This document shows positions 7,417-16,497 of a DNA stretch of 64,000 nt, one piece after another. Origin of the DNA: Candidatus Latescibacterota bacterium (GTDB lineage Bacteria; Latescibacterota; UBA2968; UBA8231). Position 1 is the stretch's first letter; each line of letters opens with the position of its first letter. The position numbers and the translations under genes are program-made. The stretch is taken from positions 864,001 through 928,000 of the forward strand of contig OZ242005.1 in assembly GCA_965204725.1 (NCBI GenBank), read 5' to 3'. The notes under the pieces were generated by a model. That model did not search any database, was not told the DNA's origin, and saw only the letters and a list, made by a program, of their open reading frames with translations.

Positions 7417-9217
7417 TCTGAATGCCAAAGATATTTTGGGGATCCAGTGCTTGTTTGGTCTTGCGCAGGACCTCGATGCTGTTGTCGCTCTGGATGTGCC
7501 GGACGAAGCTCTGGCGGATTTTGCCTACCCCGTGGTGGTGGGACAGCGAGCCGCCGTGGTCCAAAATAGTCTGCCGCAGGGCGTGCTCAACGTCGTGATA
7601 GACCGCAATGGGGTGCGCCAATCCCCGGCCGGAAAACCCCATCGTAAAGTAGATGCACACCCCGGTGTGGTACGTCTGCGTCACCCGGTACGACAGATAA
7701 GGCCGGCCGGCCACGCCGCGGGCACTGCACTGCGCGCTGAGCTCGGCTTGCACGGCCTGCGTCACGTCGTGAATGCGGCTCCACGGCACGGAGGTCTCAA
7801 AGGTCTCGCCCAAGAAATCGAACTGGTTCAAAAAGTCGCGGATATAGGCGATCCCAAAGGTCAGCATGTAGCCGCGCCGGCCGTTGGTCGCCCCGGCACT
7901 CTTGCCGCCGTGGGCCTTGGCCAGCTTGAAAATAGTCCGCTTCTGGTGGGCGACCTCGGCGCGGCTCCCTTCCATCGCGATCGTACAGGCCGCCATTTTT
8001 AGCGGGTCAAACCCCAACACCTTCAACAAGGCAAACTTCTGCACCTTTTCCTTGAGATGCTGCAAGGGAGAGGGCGCGGCCTTGAGCGCCTGCCCGAAGC
8101 GGAACTCTTGGTTGTTGACCAAGCGGATACTCGCCGGCAAGGTCCCGGTCTGGCGCAGCGCCTGCAAGTACGCCACGCCTTGGGCAAAGGACTTGAACAC
8201 CAGCGAACCGTATTCGCGCACCTCTGGCACGGGATGGATCTTGAGCACGGCCTTGGTGATGATGCCGAGGTTGCCCTCCGAGCCAAAAAGCAGCCCGCGC
8301 GGCTGGATGCCGGTCGAGTTGCGAGGCGTGGTGTGCAAGGTCTCCAGCGCGCCAGTCGGCGTCACTAGGGTCGCTTCGAGCACGATGTCTTCGATGTTGC
8401 CGTAGCGGTTTTTCTTCATGCCGCTGGCGTTGGTCGCGATCCAGCCGCCCAAGGTCGAAAGCTCAATGCTGTCGGGATCGTGGCCGGCCGTGTAGCCCCG
8501 GGCGGCGAGCGCGCGCTCCAGCTCCTTGCCCGCAATCCCCGCTTCGACGCAGGCTTGGAGGTTTTCCTCGTCGAGCTCGACGATCCGGTTCATGCGCCGC
8601 ATGTCAACCGAGGCGAAGACGCGCTCGTCGTCTGCGGGCAGGGCCAACGCGCCGCTGACGTTGGTGCCGCCGCCGTAGGGCACGAGGCACACGTCGTGCT
8701 CGGAGGCGAGGCGCACGATAGCACTGACCTGCTCTTCGCTCGCGGGATAGAGCACCAGATCGACCACTCGCCCCAAGTCGTCGCCGTAGAGTACGCGATA
8801 GACCTCATCGACGCTGAGCTGGCCGTGGCTGTGAATTAGGCGCTCGTCGTCGTCGAGCGAAACGCCCTCGCGGCCGAGCGCGTCTTGCCAAGCGGCGACG
8901 AGGCTGACATCGGCCCGCGAGGGCGGTACGACTCGGCCCTCTTTTTCGACCGCCCGCTCGTTGGGATCAATCGGGACTTGGAGCATCTCCTCGACAAAGG
9001 GGATGAAATGGGGCATGGTGAAGCCGGCCAGCGGATAGCGGCTGCCCGTAACTCGCACGGTCTTTGGCCCGTCGAACTCAAAGCGGGTGTCCGTGTAGCC
9101 CCATTTGTGCGGATGGCGCTCGCCATCGGCGAAATCGTAACACGCATCGGTCGTGGCTCGGCGAACCACGGCCGCGGCGACCGCAAGCGCGGCGACAACG
9201 AGGGCGAATTCGATCAT
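7376..9217 (-). CDS. Alkyl-dihydroxyacetonephosphate synthase-like FAD oxidase (AGPS/ADPS family)
   Basis: KWGYTDTRF, HSHGQ, PYGGGTNVS, GHDPDSIELSTLGGWIATNASGMKKNRYGNIED, GSEGNLG, GETFETSVPW, RVTQTY, GGSLSHHHGVGKIR. Confidence 0.88.
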   Translation of the reverse strand: MIEFALVVAALAVAAAVVRRATTDACYDFADGERHPHKWGYTDTRFEFDGPKTVRVTGSRYPLAGFTMPHFIPFVEEMLQVPIDPNERAVEKEGRVVPPSRADVSLVAAWQDALGREGVSLDDDERLIHSHGQLSVDEVYRVLYGDDLGRVVDLVLYPASEEQVSAIVRLASEHDVCLVPYGGGTNVSGALALPADDERVFASVDMRRMNRIVELDEENLQACVEAGIAGKELERALAARGYTAGHDPDSIELSTLGGWIATNASGMKKNRYGNIEDIVLEATLVTPTGALETLHTTPRNSTGIQPRGLLFGSEGNLGIITKAVLKIHPVPEVREYGSLVFKSFAQGVAYLQALRQTGTLPASIRLVNNQEFRFGQALKAAPSPLQHLKEKVQKFALLKVLGFDPLKMAACTIAMEGSRAEVAHQKRTIFKLAKAHGGKSAGATNGRRGYMLTFGIAYIRDFLNQFDFLGETFETSVPWSRIHDVTQAVQAELSAQCSARGVAGRPYLSYRVTQTYHTGVCIYFTMGFSGRGLAHPIAVYHDVEHALRQTILDHGGSLSHHHGVGKIRQSFVRHIQSDNSIEVLRKTKQALDPQNIFGIQNGIFGRAGEKPEQ

Positions 9218-9250
9218 GGCTCCATCTCCTGTGAAGCAGTGGTCGCCAAA

Positions 9251-10303
9251 CTACAGCCCCTCCTGCACATCCTTTTTCCGCACTTTCCAGATAAAGGCGT
9301 CGTAGTAGTAATGGATCAGGGCAAAGGAACTGAGCAGCGAATAGCTGAAGAGGTCGAAATTGGTGTTGAAGCCGACTAGGCCAAAGCCAAAGTCGCGCAC
9401 CAAGCCCTCGCTCAGCGCGTGAAAGACGACGGCGTAGGCGGCGCACAGCAGGATGAAGAACTTGACGCCCCCCTTGCCCGCCACATAGCGCAGGAGGGCC
9501 GAATCGCCGCCCGTGCGCTCGACCTTGTGGCGGTTGTAGAAATACACCATGACGATGTACTGAAGCCCGTGCATAATCCGGTGCGCCACCGCAAAGACCA
9601 GCAGGTAGGCCGTGGTAAAACTAGTGAAGTACCACAGGAAATAGCTCGACAGCAAAAAGGCGTACTTGAGGGGATTGAGTGCCAAGCCGCGCCGAGCGCA
9701 ATAGGCGATGTGCCCCAAGTAAATCAGGCCGTAACCAAGGGCAACGGCCCAAGAAATTTGCTGGACCCATTGCACGGCCTCCGCGCTGATCGGCAAGTGC
9801 CACTCGTGCAACATGCGTACCCAGACCGTGGAAAACAGCGGCGACACCACGAGCATATTGCCGAAGAATATCCAATTGAAGGCCAAGTCGAACTTGGCGG
9901 TGGCGGGCGCGCCGGCCTGAGCCTTGAAGTCGTACACCCGCGCAAAGCCGTATTGCTGCATCAAGCTGTGCTGGTGATCCCACAAGGTCACGATCAAGAC
10001 CAAACTCAACGGCGCCCACTGGATTAAGCCATAAGCAAAGGCGACCAACACCACCGGCCCGAGAATGAACCGCTCCTTGAAGCGGGCGAACTCGGCCGGC
10101 GAGCCATAGACGCGCAGCCAAGTGACGAAGTGGTGCGGAATGGTCACCCACAGGGCAATGGCCGCCAGCGCGGCCCCCGGCAGGTAGTGCCCCGACACCA
10201 GCGCAAAGCAGACCGCGGCAAAGGGCAGGCCCACAAACCAGATATAGTCCTGCCGGCGATCGACGATATAAGCCGGTTGGAGAACGATGGAATTACTCGC
10301 CAT
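9251..10303 (-). CDS. Multi-pass membrane protein with conserved His motifs
   Basis: About 8-9 hydrophobic segments; motifs PHH, WDHQHSLMQQYG, HRIMHGLQY, HYYYDAFIWK. Confidence 0.8.
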   Translation of the reverse strand: MASNSIVLQPAYIVDRRQDYIWFVGLPFAAVCFALVSGHYLPGAALAAIALWVTIPHHFVTWLRVYGSPAEFARFKERFILGPVVLVAFAYGLIQWAPLSLVLIVTLWDHQHSLMQQYGFARVYDFKAQAGAPATAKFDLAFNWIFFGNMLVVSPLFSTVWVRMLHEWHLPISAEAVQWVQQISWAVALGYGLIYLGHIAYCARRGLALNPLKYAFLLSSYFLWYFTSFTTAYLLVFAVAHRIMHGLQYIVMVYFYNRHKVERTGGDSALLRYVAGKGGVKFFILLCAAYAVVFHALSEGLVRDFGFGLVGFNTNFDLFSYSLLSSFALIHYYYDAFIWKVRKKDVQEGL

Positions 10304-11870
10304 GAGCAGTGGCCAAAAGGGCTAACGCCACAGCGTCGGGGCTGAAGCGGATTTCGTGGGCGCGGCGCTGGCGCACCGCTGCGGCTAGCTCCTTGATTGC
10401 CGCTTGGAGTTGGGCCGCGCCCCAATCCTCCTCCACCTGTGCGCGGATTTCCTCAAGCGGCGGCAGGCGGGCCGGGCGGCGGCGCAACACCTGTAGGACA
10501 ATATAACCATTATCCGTGGCAAAGGGGCCGTGCAACGTCCCTTCGTCGGCGCGGAGGGCGCGGCTGACCGGGTTGTCGCCCTCTAAGGCGCCGCTGCCGT
10601 AGATCACGCTGACGAAGCGATCGACGAGCGCGGTCGTATCGCGGCCGGCGCGCATTTGCTCGACAAGGGCGATGCCCTCGGCCTCGTCGTGCGCGAGCAG
10701 CCGGCGCACCTCCACCTCGGCTTGGGTGGTGTACCGGAGCTTGTGCTCCTCGTAAAACAGGCGCAGGCCGTTGGGATTGGGCGCGGGCACCTGCGCTCGC
10801 AGCGCGTCCTGCAAACGCCGCGCCAGTTGCACCTGCCGCAATCGCTCCAACTCGCGCTGCAGGTCCGGGTCGGTGGCGAGCGCGAGACGCGCGGTTTCGA
10901 GCGGGACCAGCACGCGCCGCCCGACCTCGCGCCGCAGCACCTTTTCGCCCGCACCTTGGCCCTTCAGCAGGTCGCGGGCCTGCGCGACCGTTAGCACCCC
11001 GCCATCGTACGCAGCCACGACTGCCTCGGGCGACCGGCCCGGGGCCAGCCCATCCGGCTCGTAGCGCACGGCATAGCGCACGTGTAGGGTGTCGTAATAC
11101 GCCAACAACTGCCGCCCGAGCTTTTCCCGCAGCACCAAGCGCTGAATGGTCTCTCGCTCCTGCTCAAAGCTGACCGGGTGCATGTCCGTGAGCTTGATGA
11201 GAAAGTACCCGTCGGCGACCTGCAGCGGCTCGGAAACTTCCCCGACCTGCATGGAAAAGGCCCTCTCGGTCAGGGCGGCGTGCGAGGCCATGGTGTCGCC
11301 CCAGCGGTGATAGCCCATGTCGGCGCGGCGCTCCAAGATCCGCGAGTCCTGCGAGTGCTGTAGCGATAGCTCCTCAAAGTCGGCCCCGGCCGCGAGGGCG
11401 GCCAAAATCTCCGGTAGCTGCGCGGGGTCGCGCACCATTAGCAGGCTAAAGCGCACGCGGCGGTTGTACGGGCTGCGCTGGAAATAGGCCCGCAGTTCCT
11501 CCTCGGCAACCTCGGGCTGGGCGATCTCGGCGCGGGTGTACAAAGCCTGCTGCACCAGCCGCGCCTGCGCCTGCGCCTGCCATTGCAAAAACTCCGCGCT
11601 CTCGCCCAAGCCCCGCCGCTCGGCTTCCTGCACGAGCAGCGTTTGCTCGACGATGGCCTCCAACAGTTGCTCGGCCCCATACTCCGCCCGCAATTCCGGC
11701 GTCACCTTTGCGATGTACTGGCGGTAGTCGGCCACCCGAATCGCCGTTTGGCCCACCTCCACCAAAACCGCGTCTTCAGCCGCCCCGGCCGGACCGTCTT
11801 CAGCGCAGCCGCTTGCGCCGACCACGGCCGCGCAAAGCACCGTTCTCACCCAATGCTTATTCAGCTTCAC
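10293..11870 (-). CDS. PpiC/SurA/PrsA-like peptidyl-prolyl isomerase lipoprotein
   Basis: Lipobox-like ASGC; GADFEELSLQHSQD..DMGY..GEVSEPLQVADGYFLIK parvulin pattern; second degenerate PPIase domain. Confidence 0.8.
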   Translation of the reverse strand: MKLNKHWVRTVLCAAVVGASGCAEDGPAGAAEDAVLVEVGQTAIRVADYRQYIAKVTPELRAEYGAEQLLEAIVEQTLLVQEAERRGLGESAEFLQWQAQAQARLVQQALYTRAEIAQPEVAEEELRAYFQRSPYNRRVRFSLLMVRDPAQLPEILAALAAGADFEELSLQHSQDSRILERRADMGYHRWGDTMASHAALTERAFSMQVGEVSEPLQVADGYFLIKLTDMHPVSFEQERETIQRLVLREKLGRQLLAYYDTLHVRYAVRYEPDGLAPGRSPEAVVAAYDGGVLTVAQARDLLKGQGAGEKVLRREVGRRVLVPLETARLALATDPDLQRELERLRQVQLARRLQDALRAQVPAPNPNGLRLFYEEHKLRYTTQAEVEVRRLLAHDEAEGIALVEQMRAGRDTTALVDRFVSVIYGSGALEGDNPVSRALRADEGTLHGPFATDNGYIVLQVLRRRPARLPPLEEIRAQVEEDWGAAQLQAAIKELAAAVRQRRAHEIRFSPDAVALALLATAHGE

Positions 11871-13227
11871 GGTCTTCCTTCATCTTTTGAATCGTTGCCA
11901 ACTCCTGCTTGCTCTTTTCCACGTCCCCCGCTTTTAGATAGGCGATGGCCAATTTCCGGCGCGCATCCAAAAACTCCGGTCGCCCGGCCACCGCGGTCGC
12001 CAACACTTCGGCGGCCCGCGCAAAATCGCCCTCGCGCGCATAGAGCAAGCCCAAGAAGTAGTTGATCTCCACGTCTTCTGGCGTCCGCTCGTGCGCCGCG
12101 TGCAGGCTGGCTAGGGCCTCGTCAAAGCGCTGCAAGCGCATCTGCGCTTGGGCTAAATTGTAGTGGGCCTTGGCGTATTCGGGGTCCAAGGCCAGCGCGG
12201 CTTGGTATTCGGCGATGGCCGCGGCGAATTCGCCCAAGCGCAGGTAGAGGTTGCCTAAGTTGTTGCGGTAGCGCAAGCTATCCGGCGCGAGGCGCACGGC
12301 CAGCCGATAGGCTTCGGCCGCTTCGGCCAAGCGACCTTGCTCCGTGTACAACAGCGCGAGTTGCGCCCGCGCCTCGTGGTCGTCGGGCGCATTGCCCAGC
12401 ATCCGCAGTTGGTCGTCAATTTTGTCGAGTTGCTGGTCGAGCGCCCGAAACCGCGCCAGCACTTGGGTGCTCTCCGCAGAGTGGCCGAGCCGCTTGAGGG
12501 CATTGGCCAGCGCGAAGTACGCCTCCTTGGACAAAGAGTCGAGCGCGACTGCGCGGCGGGCGGCGCGTTCGGCAGCCGCGTACGCACGCCGCTTGAGTTC
12601 CACCTGCGCCAGATCGACGTACGCGGCTGCGTCCGTGCTGTCCAGCGCGACTGCCCGCCTCAGCGCGGTCGCGGCCCGCTCCAAGTCGAGTTCCTTCAGG
12701 CGCGTCCGGCCCAAGAGCCGATAGAAGGAAGCATTCGTCGAGTCGCGGTCCAGCCCTGCTTGCAGCAGCGTTTCCACTTCGCCGTACTCGCCGCGCAAGA
12801 AGTAGATGTACCCGAGGTCGTAGTAGGTCGTTAGATGACCGGGGTCTAACGAGAGTACCCGGCGGTGTTCGTCAATCGCTTGGGCGTAGTTGAGCTGTTT
12901 GACGTACAGGGCCGCGAGGTTGTGTCGCGCCGATACGTGCGTCGAGTCGAGTGCCAATACGCGCTGATAGGCCGCCATGGCGCGGGGGTAATCGAGCGAG
13001 CGCACGTAGGCATTGCCCAAGTTGTAGTGGATTTTGGCGGCAGCGGGCGCGAGCGCGGCGGCTTGCTGATAGGCGTCAATGGCCTCGGTGTGGCGGCCCT
13101 CCGAGGCGAGCGCAATGCCGCGCCCAAAGAGTGCTTCGGCTTCTATGGCCCAACCGGGGCGCACCTTTTCGGGCGGACTCTGCTCGGCACAAGCGTACAA
13201 TACGAAGCAGAAAAGCAAAGCTCTCAT
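11857..13227 (-). CDS. TPR-repeat lipoprotein
   Basis: Repeated HYNLGNAY/NNLGNLY/HYNLA TPR units; N-terminal LYAC. Confidence 0.9.
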   Translation of the reverse strand: MRALLFCFVLYACAEQSPPEKVRPGWAIEAEALFGRGIALASEGRHTEAIDAYQQAAALAPAAAKIHYNLGNAYVRSLDYPRAMAAYQRVLALDSTHVSARHNLAALYVKQLNYAQAIDEHRRVLSLDPGHLTTYYDLGYIYFLRGEYGEVETLLQAGLDRDSTNASFYRLLGRTRLKELDLERAATALRRAVALDSTDAAAYVDLAQVELKRRAYAAAERAARRAVALDSLSKEAYFALANALKRLGHSAESTQVLARFRALDQQLDKIDDQLRMLGNAPDDHEARAQLALLYTEQGRLAEAAEAYRLAVRLAPDSLRYRNNLGNLYLRLGEFAAAIAEYQAALALDPEYAKAHYNLAQAQMRLQRFDEALASLHAAHERTPEDVEINYFLGLLYAREGDFARAAEVLATAVAGRPEFLDARRKLAIAYLKAGDVEKSKQELATIQKMKEDREAE

Positions 13228-14852
13228 CGCGCCGCTCCTTCGACGAGCTCATGCTCTTGGTCGATTCCTAAGTCCGCGTATTCCTCGACCAGACCGCTCG
13301 GCCAATAGACGACCACGCGCTCAATAGTCGTGGCCGTTCCCAGCCCAAAGTGTAGCCGCAGGTCGCTCTGGGAGAGGAAGCTGGCACCGGAGCGCACTTC
13401 GTCGGTCTGCACCTGTCCGCCGCTTGTGACTTCGACGCGCGTACCAATGCCGGCGCGGTTGCTGTCGCGGCCGACTAGCCGCAGGCGCACATAGTGCCCG
13501 CCCGCGCCATCGTTGCGCATCAAGGTCGGCGCGGTGGCGACATTGGCGACTAGTACATCTATATCGCCATCGTCGTCGTAGTCGCCAAAGGCCGCGCCGC
13601 GGCTGACTCGTTTTAAGGACAGCGCACCGCCGTTCTCTACGTATTCTTCAAAGCGCCCATCGCCGGTGTTGAGAAAGAGCTGATTGCGCTGGGGGAAGGT
13701 CGCGTTCTCGTATTGCTCGACATCGCTTTCCAAGTGGCCATTGGCGATAAACAGATCGCGGTCGCCGTCGTTGTCGGCATCGAAAAAGCGCGTTCCCCAC
13801 GCCAAATAGGCAATCGTGCCCTTGCCCAACCCGGCGAGGAACGTCTCATCGACAAAGGTGCCGTCGCCGAGGTTTTTGTACAAGGTATTGGTCTCCCACT
13901 GAAAGTTGGTGACGAAAAGGTCGTAGTCGCCATCGTTGTCGTAGTCGCCCATGTCAACGCCCATGCCCGCTTCGACGTCGCCATCCTCGTTGTACGCCAC
14001 GCCGGCCAACAGCGCTTCTTCGGCAAAGTGGCCGGTGCCGTCATTGAGATACAAGAAGTTCAAGGTCTTGTCGTTGGCCAAGTAGAGATCGGGGTCGCCA
14101 TCGAGATCCACGTCGCCGAAAACCACGCCGAGCTCCTTGCCCTCGGCGCTGCCCAGCCCGGCGGCTGCCGTGATGTCGGCAAAGGTGCCGTCGCCCTCGT
14201 TCCGATACAGCACGTCGGTCACCCCGTCAAAAGCCTCCGGGCCGCAGTAGAGTTGCAAGCCGCTGCCGCCCTCGGCGCAGACGCGGTGGTTGGCATAAGA
14301 AAAGTTGTGGTAATTGCCCACGTACAAATCGACGAAGCCATCGCGGTCAATGTCGGCAAACGCAGCACTCGCTCCCCAGCCCTCGTCGCCGACTTGGGCG
14401 GCCGCGGTCACGTCGGCAAACGTTCCATCGCCCTCGTTCCGATACAGCACATTGGCGCCGAAGTTGGTGACGTACAGGTCGAGGTCGCCGTCGTTGTCCG
14501 TGTCGCCGACCGCTAGGCCCATGCCGTAGCCGGTGTCGCCGACGCCGGCGTGCTCGGTTGCATCGGCAAAGGTGCCGTCGCCTCTGTTCCGGTAGAGCGC
14601 GTTTTGCGGCGCCGGGTCGTATTCGGTCCCCCGCACAGCGGCTCCGTTGATGAGGTAGATGTCGAGGCGACCATCGCCATCGGAGTCGAAAAAGCCGCCG
14701 CCCGGACCGACCGTTTCAATGACGAATTTCTCGCCGTTAGCCCCGTTGACGTGGACGAAGCCGATGCCCGCGTCGTGGGTGGCGTCGTGGAAGTGCGGGT
14801 TGGCGTGGAGGGGGACGGATGCGAGCAGGAGGAGCAGGAGAAACTTGAGCAT
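13224..14852 (-). CDS. CRTAC1-family protein (FG-GAP/VCBS repeats + ASPIC/UnbV)
   Basis: Repeated DxDxDGDxDLY; C-terminal SNRAGIGTRV..SFLSQSDLRLHFGLG..WPSG; signal peptide. Confidence 0.92.
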   Translation of the reverse strand: MLKFLLLLLLASVPLHANPHFHDATHDAGIGFVHVNGANGEKFVIETVGPGGGFFDSDGDGRLDIYLINGAAVRGTEYDPAPQNALYRNRGDGTFADATEHAGVGDTGYGMGLAVGDTDNDGDLDLYVTNFGANVLYRNEGDGTFADVTAAAQVGDEGWGASAAFADIDRDGFVDLYVGNYHNFSYANHRVCAEGGSGLQLYCGPEAFDGVTDVLYRNEGDGTFADITAAAGLGSAEGKELGVVFGDVDLDGDPDLYLANDKTLNFLYLNDGTGHFAEEALLAGVAYNEDGDVEAGMGVDMGDYDNDGDYDLFVTNFQWETNTLYKNLGDGTFVDETFLAGLGKGTIAYLAWGTRFFDADNDGDRDLFIANGHLESDVEQYENATFPQRNQLFLNTGDGRFEEYVENGGALSLKRVSRGAAFGDYDDDGDIDVLVANVATAPTLMRNDGAGGHYVRLRLVGRDSNRAGIGTRVEVTSGGQVQTDEVRSGASFLSQSDLRLHFGLGTATTIERVVVYWPSGLVEEYADLGIDQEHELVEGAAR

Positions 14853-14868
14853 TTGGTAGGTGCGGTGG

Positions 14869-15135
14869 CTAGGGAAAGTGTTGGTAAAAATCTCGGCGTG
14901 GCAAACATCGTGCGAAAATTACGGTGCCCTCGTCGAATTGAAATCCAAGCCTATAGTCGCCGATTCGCACCCGGTAATGGTTTCCGCCGCCGCGGAGTTT
15001 TCGGACATCACTTATCTCTGTAAGATCGTTTGCTTCCTTGACTTGCTCTATCGCTGCCTTGACACGCGCTCCAATAGATCGATTTTGGATATGTCTGAGG
15101 TCTCTTCCAAAACTGTTTTTGAATAAGACTTTCAA
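14869..15135 (-). CDS. RelE/ParE-family toxin
   Basis: MKVLFKNSFGRDLR..VRKLRGGGNHYRVRIGDYRLG..RRDFYQHFP. Confidence 0.88.
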   Translation of the reverse strand: MKVLFKNSFGRDLRHIQNRSIGARVKAAIEQVKEANDLTEISDVRKLRGGGNHYRVRIGDYRLGFQFDEGTVIFARCLPRRDFYQHFP

Positions 15136-15138
15136 AAT

Positions 15139-16434
15139 TCAAGATATCCCTTCTAATATCTTAAATATCTGTTTTTCGGAGACAAACTTTGTTTTTTCTC
15201 CTTCTTTGATTGCATTCACCATAGCAATATCTTCAAGAATTTCCAAAACTGGCTTCAAGCTTTGGGCGATCCCTTTTACGAACTCCTGTCTGTCTTCCTT
15301 ATTAGATAGCAGCTTGAAAACCTTTGGGTCATTCAAATCCAGATTCAGACATCTATCGTCATATCGCCCATAGTCCCACCAAGGATACCACTTGTTTGGT
15401 TCTTCACCGCTCACTCTCTTCAATGCTTCTTTAAGTATGTCGTAACTTTCTCTATAATCCTTTTTGGAACAACCGATCCCGAACCAGATATAGTTAGGGT
15501 GATCTTTGTCCTTCCCAACTTCGAGTGAGGTAGCTTTACCCAACTGATAGTATAGACCTTCTGGACACTTCAAGCGTTTAAGGTATGGAATCTCTGATTC
15601 CAGCTTAACTCCAATTTCGTTCCACAGTTTCTTCGGTAACTCTGTCGTCGCGTTCTCCATCGCCTTGTACAAGTCTTGGACTAGAACGAGATTGTTATCC
15701 TGTGACAGAAGATCCTTTAATTCATCCATATATTTCCCCCTATCGTCTGTGCCTGTCAGCTTTAGGACAAGCTGTAAGTACTGGGTGACTACATCCTGCA
15801 ATGCGGCTTCGTTTTCGTCGCGTTTTTGGCAACGCTCCAACCAAGGAACAATATCCTTATAAGAAATACATTTAATAAATTTGCGGTCAAGATCACCAAC
15901 ACTATTGTCGGAAGGAGCATGGCCGTCAAGCGTCAGGTACAGCAGATGTATGTCGCTGTAACGCCGAGCTTCCAAGGCATTGTAGTACCTACACAGTTGG
16001 TGATCTTGATCTCTATCCCCGTTATTGCGCTTGCTTTTGTTTTCGATCACCACTGCCTGTTCGTTGGTGGTGATCAGGATGTCTATCTGGTTGTTCTTCT
16101 GCTCGTCCTGTGCGTTATGCCGTTCAAAGTGGCGTTCCCGCTCGACCTTAGTATGGCACTGTATAAAGCCCTCCACGAAACCTACCGGTAACTTCTTAAT
16201 ATGCTCTAAATGATCTAAAAAGTCCTTCAGGTTCTCTCTGGTTTCGTCTCCCGGTTTCTTATAGTCAAGCAGTGCGTGAAGAAACCGGGAGTGCAGAGTC
16301 TCGTTCAGGTGCCCCTCTTTATTCTGAAGAGAAGAGAAAACATTGAAAGGCTCCCGACATCCAACCCCATGCTTTTCGTAAAGCTGGGCTACTTTTGCCA
16401 GTAGCAACTGGTAGTTGTGATAGTTGTCGCTCAT
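15139..16434 (-). CDS. PD-(D/E)XK nuclease (PDDEXK_4-like) with antitoxin-like C-terminal tail
   Basis: FNVF..ETLHSRFLHALLD..IDILI..VVIENK..DQDHQLCRY..LYLTLDG; visibly AT-rich versus flanks. Confidence 0.8.
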   Translation of the reverse strand: MSDNYHNYQLLLAKVAQLYEKHGVGCREPFNVFSSLQNKEGHLNETLHSRFLHALLDYKKPGDETRENLKDFLDHLEHIKKLPVGFVEGFIQCHTKVERERHFERHNAQDEQKNNQIDILITTNEQAVVIENKSKRNNGDRDQDHQLCRYYNALEARRYSDIHLLYLTLDGHAPSDNSVGDLDRKFIKCISYKDIVPWLERCQKRDENEAALQDVVTQYLQLVLKLTGTDDRGKYMDELKDLLSQDNNLVLVQDLYKAMENATTELPKKLWNEIGVKLESEIPYLKRLKCPEGLYYQLGKATSLEVGKDKDHPNYIWFGIGCSKKDYRESYDILKEALKRVSGEEPNKWYPWWDYGRYDDRCLNLDLNDPKVFKLLSNKEDRQEFVKGIAQSLKPVLEILEDIAMVNAIKEGEKTKFVSEKQIFKILEGIS

Positions 16435-16497
16435 GCCTCATCCTCTTGGGAATTACCATTGAACCTAACTAGGTGCTTCTGCGGCGTCAAAAAGTCC

